Source: Octopus bimaculoides
Lineage: Eukaryota
Assembly: GCF_001194135.2 (NCBI RefSeq)
Contig: NC_068987.1
Span: 38,785,487-38,828,799 of the forward strand
DNA length: 43,313 bases
Reading direction: 5' to 3'
The notes under the pieces were generated by a model. That model made no database searches. It was not told the origin of the DNA and saw nothing but the letters and a program-made list of their open reading frames with translations. Each line of letters opens with the position of its first letter. Within the stretch, counting starts at the first letter, position 1. Of the stretch, positions 13,101-27,100 are shown in pieces. A program made the translations under genes and the position numbers.

Positions 13101-16100
13101 TATGCATGTATGTATGCATATATGTATATATGCATGAATACACGCGAACCGAATATCCATTACCAAGATGAAAAGTCGCTTGAAATGGCCCAGAACCTCA
13201 TCTTTCATGTAAGAAAACAAATAACTTTCCATTACGTGTATAGTAGTCTGGTGTTTGACTTGGTGTATAGTAGCTTTGTGTTTGGCGTTGCAAACGTGTG
13301 CTCAAGAATTGAGCATTTTAAACTTAATTTTGATATACAGCTGTTTCATGTGTATTAAATAAGAACAAGGTATTAAGTAAAAGAGAAAATAGATTATTTC
13401 ATTTGATGCTATTACACAGTAGCTGGAGTAAATTACTCATGGAAATATCATTCTTAAAACGCCTAGAAACCGAGTACTCTAAGACAACCACACGTCTATA
13501 TATTAGAACTGGCCTGAGATAACACATCTAGCGCTAGGAAGATGTGCACTGATAGTTTTATTGCGAGCTCTGACACTAACCAAGTAGAGTTGCGATGTAT
13601 CTCAGCTTATATGATATCAAATGTGTATCCAACATATAAGTCTCCAAGACAGCTTCATGCTAACATATCTTCTTAACACATGCACCTTTTGATTTTATTA
13701 TTAAGAGAATAAATATACATACCTGCTTACAAAGTTCTACACGCATGAATAAATCGTGAACAATAACATAACCATAAATTTAATCAAGAAAAAATGTCTC
13801 CATAACACTGCTCCATCACAACCTACTCTACAACCTAATAATCAATACTATGCAGCTACACCCAACATAGCTGAGAAACAGAGACTATATAAAGCCAAAA
13901 TTAATTTAAATGCATCACAGTCCGATGATGGCTTAGCTGGACGAAACTTCGAAGTCACTGTTAATGTTATTCTTGTTAAAGAGTAATGAAAGCAGTGTTT
14001 AATAAGAGAAAATAGTGTTTTCTAAGAAGCCAAACGAAAAGATAGTCCAACAAAAAGATAGCTCAACTAAAATTATACAAACAAGAAGAAGATGATGATG
14101 ATGAAGACGACGACCAGGTGAAACATATTACGTCTATTGGCTCAGTAAAACAGTACTTTTTCTACTCTATGCACAAGGCCCGACATTTTTGGTGGGGAGG
14201 AGGCCAGTCGATTAGATCGACCCCAGTATGTAACTGATACTTAATTTATCGACACCGAAAGAATGAAAGGCAAACTCGACTTCGGCAGAATTTGAATTCC
14301 GAACGTAAAGACAGACGAAATACCGTTAATTATTTCGCCCGGCGTTCTAACGCTTCTTATTTCTTTATTGCCCTCAAGGGGCTAAACATAGAGGGGAAAA
14401 CAAGGACAGAAAAATGGATTAAGTTGATTACATCGACCCCAGTGCGTAACTGGTAGTTAATTTATCGACCACGAAAGGATGAAACGCAAAGTCGGCCTCG
14501 CCGGAATTTCGCCCGGCGTGCTAACTTTTCTGCCAGCTCGCCGCCTTCTCACTAAAACAGAACAAGTCAATCACTGGCTTGATAAATTAGTTCTTTCTCC
14601 TTAGATATGTTGTCATATACTTATGTTAGCAATCATAATTATCCTCAAAGACTACGTTTTCCAGAACATATATTAATCCTTTCTGAGTCTGAATTGCTAC
14701 TACTCCTACATGCGAGAAATGAAATTTTTTTATTTCCCAAATTCTCAGTAAGCACAAACTGGTATTTAAAAATGATATTTAAATGATATTTAATTAGAAA
14801 TTGTAATGCTGCCTTTATTTGTTACATGTAAGTAAATAATGTAATATTCTTAATTTCAATTAATCCCATAGTGTACATGAATCGTGTGAAACAGCAAATA
14901 TGCTAACCTCTTGATATATCACGTATTTTTTCTAACTTTTCTCTTGCTTTATGTATATCGGAATCCAGTTCTGGCATACCGTGAGCGACGCATTCAACAA
15001 TCACATTTTCTATGGTAGACTTGTCTCCTTTACTGAGGGTGTCTTTCAATTTTTCGCGCAGAATTTCAGGAGATTTCATTCCTAGAATATTTTAGATACA
15101 AATTCTAGTTTTCCAGTTTTCTTTCATTTTTATATCGGTGTTTACAAAATCCACACATACATGCACATATTTGACGGAAGTGACAGCATAAGAAAATCAG
15201 CCTATTAGATATTTCGAAGAGTTGTAGGCATTAAAAGTTTATCATTACATACAAAAAAACTATTTTTCGGAAATTCCTAGTATAAGCATATTGGTAACAA
15301 CTTCATTGTTTTAACAATAGTCATCAAAATATTTGCGCGTCTATTATTTAGTGGATATACAACCACCCAATCTACTAACATTACTAGATTCTATAGAAGG
15401 CATGCAATTTAGCAGAGTTCTGACCTCGTCCACCACCGATGCTTTCTAAAACATCTCTAGCTTGACGTAAAGTACTCGATAATTCAGGATATCCGCTAAT
15501 TTCGCTTTCAGTTATGGCCTGTAATAAACTGCCCATATCTTTTTGCTCCATCGCAGTTTCAAGTTCATAGCGTAATGATTCGGGAGACTTAACATCTAGT
15601 AATGAAAACAGAATTCATAATATTAACATTCTAATTTTAATAAAAAATAGTAAGAGTAGTATGTATTTCAGTAATAAATATGTTTGGTTGTTAATATGAG
15701 GGTGAGCTACAAAGTTCAGAGACTAGCTATGAAGGAGTGATGCTAGAGTTGTGAAATCTTGCATGCATTAATTTTAATTCATTTTATTAATAACTGCATT
15801 GTTTATTTCCAGGTAAACTGACATCTGACTGCTCAAAGAAGCGACTTCTTTTGGAAGTCGACGAAATCTAGCATCATAGTGCTATCAAATACGTGCAGAA
15901 GTGTTTAGCCTCCCAAAGACTTCCATGCTCACTTAGTTGCTATATTAGGGGATAATGTTCCAGCTTTAGCAGAGTTATTAATGGTGCAAAATAGGTATCT
16001 GAATTTAGGAGAGGAACGGAGAGTCTTGAAATGACCCAGTTCTGGACTTCCTGCGACTGCAACCACTGAGGAAAACATTGATCGTGTTCATCACATAGTG

Positions 16101-19100
16101 ATGGATGCTATTAGCATATTCCATACGATAGCTGAGAATATACTGTACAAAGAACTTGGCAGCATGACAGAGGTTTCTGCTAGTGGAAGCCACGCCTTCT
16201 GACACCCGATCAAAAGGACATCAGGTTGATCACATCACAGTAAAATCTGACATTGTTTAAGGTAGAATCACCTAGTTTCCTTGGACTTTTCCAAACCCAG
16301 GATGAATGTTGGCTTCATCACTTTGAATCAGAGACAAAGAGACAATCTATGCAGTGTAAATCCTTATCTGCTCCAAAGAAGGCCAAAGTTTCATCTGCAG
16401 GGAAGATGATGTTCTCAGTTTTTTGGAGGATGCAAAAGGGCCCCACCATCAATGGCGTTTATTATGCCAACTCGCTGAGGTGGTTACGGAATGCTATCAA
16501 TATCAAACGTTCAGAAAACTTCCGAAAGGGGTCTTGTTTCGTCAAGACAACGCTCCAACACGCAAGTCCCTGTTTTCAATAGCTGCTGTGAGTGACAGTC
16601 GCTTTGAAATGGTTGATAACCCACCCTGTTATACTGATTTAACTCTATCTGACTATTATCTGCTCCCCCAAATGAAAAAACAAAACACTTGACTGATAAA
16701 CAGTATCGCAGTGTTGATGACGACATATCTGTTGTTAATGACTTTCTTAACCAACAGGATGAAATCTTCTTCACCAATGGAAGAAGTGTGTGGACCGCAA
16801 AGGGGGACTATGTGACTCATTTTGTCACATTCCATTCGAGTATCTTGGTCAACTTATGAACTTTACAACTGACCCTCGTACATATGTTTAAAATATTAAG
16901 AATTTAATCCTAATACATATAATTTATTTGAATATATCGAAATACTAGACTTGAACATTTGCTGGAAATAGTTTAGTCGGTTCTGGCGATAAAATGTGTA
17001 AAAGCTTTTTTTTTTTTTTAAGACAACTTCTGATCAAAATGTAACATTAAAACTGACAGTCCCAGTAAATTCTATTCTTTACAAAACATTGGGGGTGGGA
17101 TTTACTGTACGGAGCTAACCTTCTTCTATGTCTTCATCCTGAAATTCTAAAGTGTGTAAGAGATCTCTGGCTGTTTGTATATCAGCATCCAATCCGGAGA
17201 AGCCAGATGATATACATTCATTGATAACTTGTTCCAGAATCGACCTATCTTTTAATGCTATTGCATTTTCTATCTTTTCTCGCAGGGTATCGGCAGTTTT
17301 GTATCCTAATAACAAAAGAAACATTTTTTTTAAAAATTACAGAAATGCTCATTACTATAATGAAAACACAAAACACGCTTGTTCAAAGGATATGTCTATT
17401 TCCATGAAAAATTGAACATATTTTCACATAACCATTAACAAACGAAATATAAGCCCGTTAAGATAAGAATTAAGTTCTAGAGATAGTTAAAAAGGATAAC
17501 GTAGTTGAGGTTCTATAAATATTTGTTATTGGATAGAAAATGTGTAGATTTCGATTATATTTTTGGCGTGACTAGGATTAACATTTTTTATGATTATAAA
17601 ATAGTTTGCATCTTCATATCTAACCTCCTGCACCACCACCCATCATTTCCAATGTTTCCCTGGCTTTTCGCAAATATGCACTTAATTCTAGAAATTCAGC
17701 ATCTTCGCATTCTTCGATAGCAGCAAGTAATTTTCCTCTATTTTTCTCTTTGGTGGCTGTTATCAGTTGTTCTCGTAACACGCCAGAACTTTTAATAGCT
17801 ACCAATCAAAACAGAGAATTATATAAGTGCACAGCAATATATCAAAAAAATATTAGTATAACTTAGTAAATTTGATATATTTTACACATTTGACGAATTT
17901 ACATTTGTTTAAAACGTTATGAAATCAGAAAAGAAAATTTAAAATAAACTATTCGTTAGCACATGTTTACAAAAGATACATCTTTTTGAATTGATATAAA
18001 CCGCGTCTAGTTTGATTACTTTCATATATCATAAATAAAGTAGTTTATTCTCAAGTACGTCGTTCCAAGGAATATATTTGCAATGCTTCACAATTTATAT
18101 ATTTACAATAAACTAATAATATTTCTAAATGCTTTTATATATTAATGTGATAATGAAAGTGATCGAACCTCCAGACGCTCCTTTCAAAGTAGAAAGCAAT
18201 TCCCGTGCTTCCTGAATACAAGGATCAAGTTCAGGCATCCCAGCTGCCACACATTCATTAATAACACGTTCCAAAATTGCCCTGTCTTTTCTCATTATTG
18301 CTCTCTTCAGTTTGTCAAGGAGTATTGGAAATGTTTTTATCCCTGCATAGAATCACCAATCATCAAAACTAATGGAATTTCTATATTTATTACAAACGCT
18401 ATCATTTATCATTATTCTTATAGTTATAATTATGTAAGAAATTGATATTAATGTATTATTGTTATCAGTTTTCATAAATCAGCTGCTGTTATCCCTAATG
18501 TTTGCGATATTTTACTGAAACTATCTCACATAAATATTAAATGTAATTGATAAAATTATCACAAAAGGTGGGTGTATTTTCCTGTATTAATAATTTAATA
18601 CATTTATCAATTATATAATTCGTTGATTGATCAGTTCTAGGTTAATACAGAGAATCATTCTATTAAAATAATATAATCAACAATCGACAAACTACAGTAA
18701 TTAACGTATGGTAACCTCCAGTGCTTCCACTCAAACTTTCCAGAACCTCGCGAGCCCGACGTAAGTAAAAACTGAGTTCTGGATAAGCAGCTACTTCACA
18801 TTCCATTATAGCATTTTCCAAAGCAGCTTTGTCTTTGCGTCTCATGGCAGATTTCAGTTTGTCACGAAGTGCATTGGACAATTTTGTTCCTAAATTACAC
18901 AAGACATAATTGTCAAAAGCAAATCAACACCTCTGAACATAAAATAAATTTTTCACTATGATAATTATCACACAAAAGGTAAAGATATATATTCACATAC
19001 CGAAATATTATTAATTGTTAAAAATAACACATATAACTCAAGTTTGTTTTAAAGAAAAATCAGCAATCATTTTAAAAACATCTGTGAATTTTTATGCTTC

Positions 19101-20005
19101 AAGGATTGCTAGCTAACCTTCATAGCTTTCACCTAATTCTTCCAATAATTCTCGAGCTTTCTGAATTTCATGATCTAATTCGGGAAACCCTGCTGCAACA
19201 CACTCATTGATTCGTTTCTCTATTTTCTTTCTGTCTTTACGCCAAACAGCCTTCTTAAGTTTATCAAGAAGAGCTTCTGGTGTCTTGGATCCTATTAGCA
19301 TTACCAAAATAATAAAAGAAAAGACCCGTTTTAAATTATGTTTCCAAACTATTCCATATCATTCCCCACATATATGTTTCCACGTATTTACTCAATATTT
19401 AATAACAAATTAACTATATGGAGACACACAGATAGATTTAGTACGACAAAATTAGAAACTCGATAAGTCAAATATAATGACCCATAGGCAAATAGAGAGT
19501 TTAATAAAATATATACAAAGGAAGCCAACCTCCACGGCTTCCTGTCATTATTTCCAGCATATCACGAGCATCACTCAGTGGAAGACTTAATTCAGGATAG
19601 AGTACATTTTCACAGTCTTGGATAACTTTCTCTAGTTTATCTTTGTCATTCTCTTCCATAGCCGTTTCTAACTGACTGCGCAAAGTTTGAGACGGAATAG
19701 TCTCTACAGCCAAAAAGAAATACCAAACTTGAATGAATTTATTTTTTATACAAAATTTGCACTCAAATATTTTAGTTATATTGTAGTCATTAAACTGATG
19801 GACATAGAGTTATATTAAATATATTCATATTCAGAACCTGTGTGTCTGAGTATCATAATAACAACCGTTTGCTGTTTGCTCTTATTTATAACATGTAAAA
19901 TAATCCTCTATTTCTACAAACATCGACGTCTCATTCTTTTGTTGTTATACATATTATTATTATTATTATTAGTATTGTTGTTGTTGTTGTTATTATTATA
20001 TATGC

Positions 20006-20054
<49 letters not shown>

Positions 20055-20544
20055 CATATATACATATATAGATATACATATAAACAGAAATATATATACA
20101 TATATAAATATATGTATACATATATATATATAAATATATATACACGGATATATACATATATACATATATATACATATATATATATCCATATATACATATA
20201 TATATATATATATATGCATATATATATATACATATATATACATATATGTATATATATGCATATATATAAATATATGTATATATATACATATATATATATA
20301 GATATATGTATATAAATACATATATGTACATATATACAAATATATAGATATATGTATATATATACACATATATANNNNNNNNNNNNNNNNNNNNNNNNNN
20401 NNNNNNNNNNNNNNNNNNNNNNNNNNNNNNNNNNNNNNNNNNNNNNNNNNNNNNNNNNNNNNNNNNNNNNNNNNNNNNNNNNNNNNNNNNNNNNNNNNNN
20501 NNNNNNNNNNNNNNNNNNNNNNNNNNNNNNNNNNNNNNNNNNNN

Positions 20545-20605
<61 letters not shown>

Positions 20606-21067
20606 GAGGGAAAGGGGGGAAATGTACATATATATTTGTGCGTGTGTACATGTATTTATGTAATTTTAAAATACTTTATCAATTAATTAAATTTAAGATA
20701 TTTTTATAATTCTTAAAATATTAGTTTCTGAAAGTAATTTTAAGCATTTGTAATTTTATGCATATGCCATGTTTAAAATATTTCCATCCAGAATAGAATG
20801 CATTCAACACAGTAATTATATTAATAACTCTATACAAATCTAACCTCCGGAACCAAACTCAAGAACATCCAAAATATTTCTGGCTTGTTGTATATCTGCA
20901 TCCAGTTGAGGAAATCCTGAGGCAACACATTCGTTTATAATTTTTTCCAAAGCATCTTTATCTCTCATTTCCATGGCTTTTATGAGTCTGTTAAGTAGGG
21001 TTCTCGGTGTCTTTGTTCCTAATAACCACAGAATTAAAGCAAAAAAATCATATGTGCGTGTTTGTGA

Positions 21068-21163
<96 letters not shown>

Positions 21164-24100
21164 AATTATTTATAGAATTTCCCATAAAATTGTTTAGTTT
21201 ATTGGATATCTTCCATTTTCTTCTTCAAAATAGGTAAACTAGCTAAACTGTATCAAATATTTCCCTCTGTATAATGAAATTTATGGTGAATTACTTTTAG
21301 TTATAAATTAGGTACGTATATAGAAATTCTTCTTTACATTTAAATTTTCACGGATGTTCATTTTAAAAAATGTGTATATTATACGACAGTTTTAAAAGCA
21401 ATCACTACTAAACAATTTAATTCTTAGTAAGACTTAATCAGAAATAAACTGTAATATCTTAATTTTCTAAATAGCATGAACTCATGCTGACCTCCACTAC
21501 TACCACTCAAGTTCTCCAGAAGATCTCGAGCTTTTCGTAGCTCTTCATTGAGCTCTGGATATTCTGCTTCTTCACATTCTTCAATTGCTTTCTTTAATTC
21601 TGGTGGACTCTTTCTTTTCATAGACATCAATAACATGTCCCGCAAAATATCCCGGTGATTTCTTCCTACCAATCAAATATGGATAATTTTAAGGTAACAT
21701 AATTCATGCACTAAAAGCTGGCATTAGCTTGATGCATGCTATCCGATTATTGCATACAACGTTATTGACTACGTATATACATGTCGTTTAGGTACATAAT
21801 AAGAATAAAAGTATTTTTTGCAATATTTGTTTGTTAATATTTCTTTGATTCGTATTTATTTACTTGTTAAATATAGAAAAGTGTCATTTTTGCCACACAT
21901 TTTGATTTTATTTTATGTTCTTATATGCTTTATTGTTAAATTTAATTGCGGATTACATGCAGTCAATTGTGATTTAAGTTTATGTACCTCCTTAAGAGAA
22001 TAAAACAAAATGAAAATATAAAATATAATAAAAGCTTGTTATTATTTAATTTTAATACTTATAAATATTTTTTCAAATGTCTATTTTTACAAACTTTTAA
22101 AAACGACTTTCAGATTTAGCTGATAATTAATTTTAAAATGTATATCTAACCTCTACCATCATCTTCAAGATTGAAAAGGAAATTTCTTGCTTTTGCTATT
22201 TCAAGTTTCAGTTCAGGAAATCCGGAAGCCACACACTCATTGATAGCTTTCTCTAAAGCATATTTGTCTTTAGTTCGAGTAGCTCTCTTCAATTTAGCAG
22301 CAAGCAGTTGAGGAGTTTGACTCCCTGGTAATATTATATATACAAGTCAGTAACATATATCACATTATCGTCGTTATATAAAGCAGCACTGTTTATGTTC
22401 GTTGTTTTTCTCAGATACTGTATCAGAGAATAGATCATAGAAATTTCTTCTATTTTTATATGTAATCTGTTATAGTTGCTCTTTTATTAGAGTGATATAA
22501 TCTCTTTTGCAATACTTCTGTTTTCAGAAACATTTAGAAAAATGTTTTCAGAAACATTTAGGCGGCGAACAAGCAGAAACGTTAGCACACCGGGCGAAAT
22601 GCTTAGCGGTATTTCGTCTGCCGTTATGTTCTGAGTTCAAATTCCGCCGAGGTCGACTTTGCTTTTTATCCTTTCGAAGTCAATAAATTAAGTACCAGTT
22701 ACGCACTGGGGTCGATGTAATCGACTTAATCCGTTTGTCTGTCGTTGTTTGTCCCCACTATATTTAGCCCTTTGTGGGCAATGAAGAAATAAGAAACATT
22801 TAGAAAAATAAATATTCTATAAGATAGTTAATTTACAAATAACTAGAACGAACATAATTTTATGCAAGAAAGGTATTAAGAATGTTATTTACACACAATG
22901 CACTGAAGTATGCTAAGGAGCTAGTGCTCAAAAGAGAATCTAGAAAATAATTTATATATATCGTCTTTCCGTTTTAAAATTGTATGACTATATTTCCAAA
23001 AGAAAACAAAATAAAAGTTAATTCAACTTCCTAGTTAACCATATATAATATAAAATGAAATATGTTTTCCTAAAATAAAATATGCTCTAACCTCCATATT
23101 CTCCACAAATACTATGGAGAGTTTCTCTAGCTTTCCAAAGATCATTGGCAATCTCTGGATAACCTGCTTCTTCGCATTCAATGATAATTTTTGCTAGAGC
23201 TGTCTTATCTTTTTGTCTTGTAGCACTTTTCAGTTGACTGACCAATACATCAGGAGCTTTTGTAGCTGATGATTAAAAATAAGAGTGTATATAAAGAAAA
23301 ACATTTTAGTATGTTAACCCCTATCTAAGCGTAATGTAGTTAAACACAAATAAATTATAATCGATTTGTCCGTTTGTTTTTGTTTTATTTCCTGTTTCAA
23401 TGTAATAAAATCGCGATATCTGCATTTTAGCAACAGCAAGAGAGACAGATGGGGTGGAATAGTGAGAGATAAAGAGGAAGAATGATATGTATGTATGTTT
23501 CAGTTGAGGGCACAGTTGAATTCCAGTGAGCAGTCGATTCCATAATTCCCTGTTCTGTATCATCTCTGCAACACAGTTTTTCCAATGTTACTGCCATCCA
23601 GCAACTGCTCCACATATATTCAACAAGGTTTGCCTCTTTTATCATGTACTGTTCCTCATATTAATAGTTATGTACAACTACGTCTTTTCTTTGCCAAATA
23701 TGTCCCATAAAATTAAGTCTAACAATATTAGCTAATTTCCATATAGTATGCTTTTCAATGAATGATATTTCTTAACATCTTGGTATATGTTCCATTTAAC
23801 CTGCTTTTTATTGCTTTCAGATACAAATACCAATATGTTTTCCACAGTTTCTCTTATAAAACTGTATTTTGAGCCTACTAAATAGAATTCTTTGCAATCT
23901 TACAGATATCTTGTTCATTGCTGATTATGCCAATTTAGTTCTTACTCTCTTGTTTCTCTTTGAATTTTCTGTCCATGATCCCAGGCAATAGAAGTTTGTA
24001 CCCTTTGATGATTTAATGTCTTCTTCCGCATGGTTGAAAACAATAAACTCAGTCTTATCGTCATTGACGTCTCGTTCGATTTATTTCCTAGCTTTCTCAA

Positions 24101-27100
24101 TTTGCATTGTCTGTATGAATTATTACAGTTGAAGCATTACGTCTGTTTCTTTTGCATTAGATGCTGCAATTCATAAGTAGTCCGAGGCTACAATGAACAA
24201 CTAAGAGGTATTACTCCTGCCAAGATTTCAAATAACTTGCATTACCAGCAATTTATAAAACCTGAGTGATGGTGTTTTTATAGAGAATTTTGATTGCATC
24301 TACGATGGTGCCTGGAATATTATATAGCGACATTTAGGCTCTGATTTAGATACCGTCAGTAAGGAGGAAAACCAGTTTGGTTGATTCTTAGTTGTAGTAA
24401 AACATGAGTGGATTCTTAAAATCAATATTTTGTTGTAGGTTATAGCTACAATAAGTGATAAACATAGTTTTTCAATGTTTAGTGTTTACATTTCCTTTCT
24501 TTGAGATTGGTACTAGACCATTTTGCATCCAATGTAAATGATAATATGGACACATAAAGATTGTTGTATTTAGATTTTACAACTTGACAAATAATCAATA
24601 TTTTTGAAAAATTATTATAAGTATGGTGCTGGAGTTAAGCGATCGGAATAGAACTTTGATTTCGAACATATTCAGTGATGCAAATTATCAGTGAAAAATA
24701 AAAATATAATGACTATTAATAATTTGTTAAAATAAATATTAAAAACAAATTATAACACTCTAACAAATAAGCATTCTTAAACTGTAAATATACAAAAATG
24801 ATAAAAGAACAAAATAGTGAGATTGTTAAAAGAAAATAATAAAAATGCTAATCTATGATAATCGTCATTTTTACGATATTTCATATTAGAAAATACTATT
24901 TTAAACATAGTTTTAAAATTCAATTACGTTTTCAATTATTATTCTTATCCTAGAACGAAATAAATATAATCCTAACCTCCTGTGCCACCTTCCATAATAT
25001 CGAGAGTTTCACGACTAAGTTGTATTTCATTGTCCAGTTCCGACATTCCAGCCGATACACATTCATTTATCGTCTTTTTAATTAAATCTCTATCCTTCTT
25101 TGCTCGAGCTGATTTCAGTTTTTCTATTAAACAATCAGGTGTCTTTGTTCCTATTAATAATTAGATACCGATTTTTAAGCAGAGCATAAAGATATAACAT
25201 ATAGAATGTAATGCGCACGTAGGTTATCAACTTTTACCGAATGCATCCAAAATAATTACATTCCTTGCTATCTTGGTTTTTTTTTTTGGTTTCAGTTAAA
25301 AGATTTATGTTTATTACTTTTTTTAAGCGTCAGCAATCTCAGTGATGAAATACATGCTATAAAAGTATTGTCTCATGCGTTCACTTTAATTATTAAGCCA
25401 TGCTAATATTATTACATAATTAATTCCAATTCACAAATAAAGCATATTCTTAATATAAAAGACTGTTGAACGCTAACCTCCGAGACCGCCACCAAGGGAT
25501 TTAAGTAAGTCTCTAGCTTTTCGAAGATCTCTGTTTAGTTCAGGATACTCGGCTTTCTCACATTCCCTAATAGCTTTAGCTAGTTCTCCATGTTCTTTTT
25601 GTTTCATTGCTGTAACTAGTTTGGTCCGTAGAGTTTCTAACGATTGGAATAAATATGTAACAATTTATCACAACCATAGGACTGACTAAGAAGATTGATG
25701 ACACTTACAGAAGTTATATCTCTAAGTTAAATTTGAGATTGAAAATCGATGCCAACTTCATAAAAGAGAAAGGAAGGAGTCAAAGGTGATAAGTGAAAAT
25801 CTGTATGAAATATTATCTGTTTAACATTTGTGTTAATTTCTTTGAGAGTACATAATGATTTCAATAAGACCTGAATCGGACAGACATATAACCGAAAGTA
25901 TTCTTCTGGTAAGCACCATATCTTATTTCCTACACATATCTTGTACAATATTATCCAACGATCTCTTTTTAAGGTATTCTGTTGATCTGTTATTACAAAA
26001 TGAAAGTCGAAATATCATCCGACAATGTCCAGTCGGACGTCTTAATTAAGCACCCCAACTTTTTTAACAAAATATCTTTGGATTCTGGGTTTTCAATAAA
26101 GGAATTTAAAGGAATTTACATTTTTTCATTACAAAAATCACATTTTGAATTTTAAAACAAAAATAATAATATATATTTCAAAAATTTGGAGCGATTACCC
26201 GTTTAAAATTATCATTGTGCTATAAAAATGTTAGTATAGTGGCATATCTCTAACTCTCAGGTGGAAGACCAGAGATTTTCCACAGAGAGTCATATCATTT
26301 TAGATGCAAGCATATCTGCATGATAACGAAGTTCGCTTCATAACCACATGGTTTTACGTTCAATCCTACTGTACGGCACCTAGGGCAAGTAACTTCTATT
26401 ATTACCCTATGTTTGTGAGTACATTTGGTATGTATGCATGTATATATATNNNNNNNNNNTATATATATATATATATATATATATACACGCGAATTGTGTG
26501 CATCTTTGTGTTAGTCTCTCAACGCTTGACAATCGGGGTTTATGACTCCCGTAACGTAGCAGCTCGGGAAAAAAGCAAGATAGATTAAGTACTAGATTTA
26601 AAATAAGTACAGGCAGCGCTCCAGTGTGACCGTGATCCATGACTGAAACAAATATTGAATAACAGAAATATTGCGTACATCGTTGATCGTATTCCTGCCT
26701 TTAATTTTCTTCACATCATCCACTATATTTGAAGTTTATTAGCAACAAAAGCAAAAGTGAATTCGTAAATAACCACTATTTAAAACATTTATTATGATAA
26801 CTAATAAAATATTTGGGTGACAAATATTGTACGGTATCTAACCTGCGTCATAAAACTGAGGACTTCGGAGGAATTTTCTGGCCTTTTTCACATCGGCTTC
26901 AAGTTCCGGGAAACCTGATGCCAAACATTCGTTTATAGCTTTCTGTATTTTTTCCGGGTTGCATTCTTTTACCGCGACAGCAAGTCTTTGCGATAAAGTT
27001 TCAACTGTTTTACTGCCTAACAAAATTGATATATAAAAATTTTCCTTTGTTAAAACTATACTTATGAATAAGCAAGTCTTCATGCTTATAAATACATACC

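Noticed and set aside
26248-26300. ctaactctc resembling an array exon end ([12 protein letters not shown]-stop), cut by a SINE
   Set aside because: Donor context is GA|GT rather than AG|GT, no module motif is recognisable, and alternation (E13 B to E14 A) needs no exon here.
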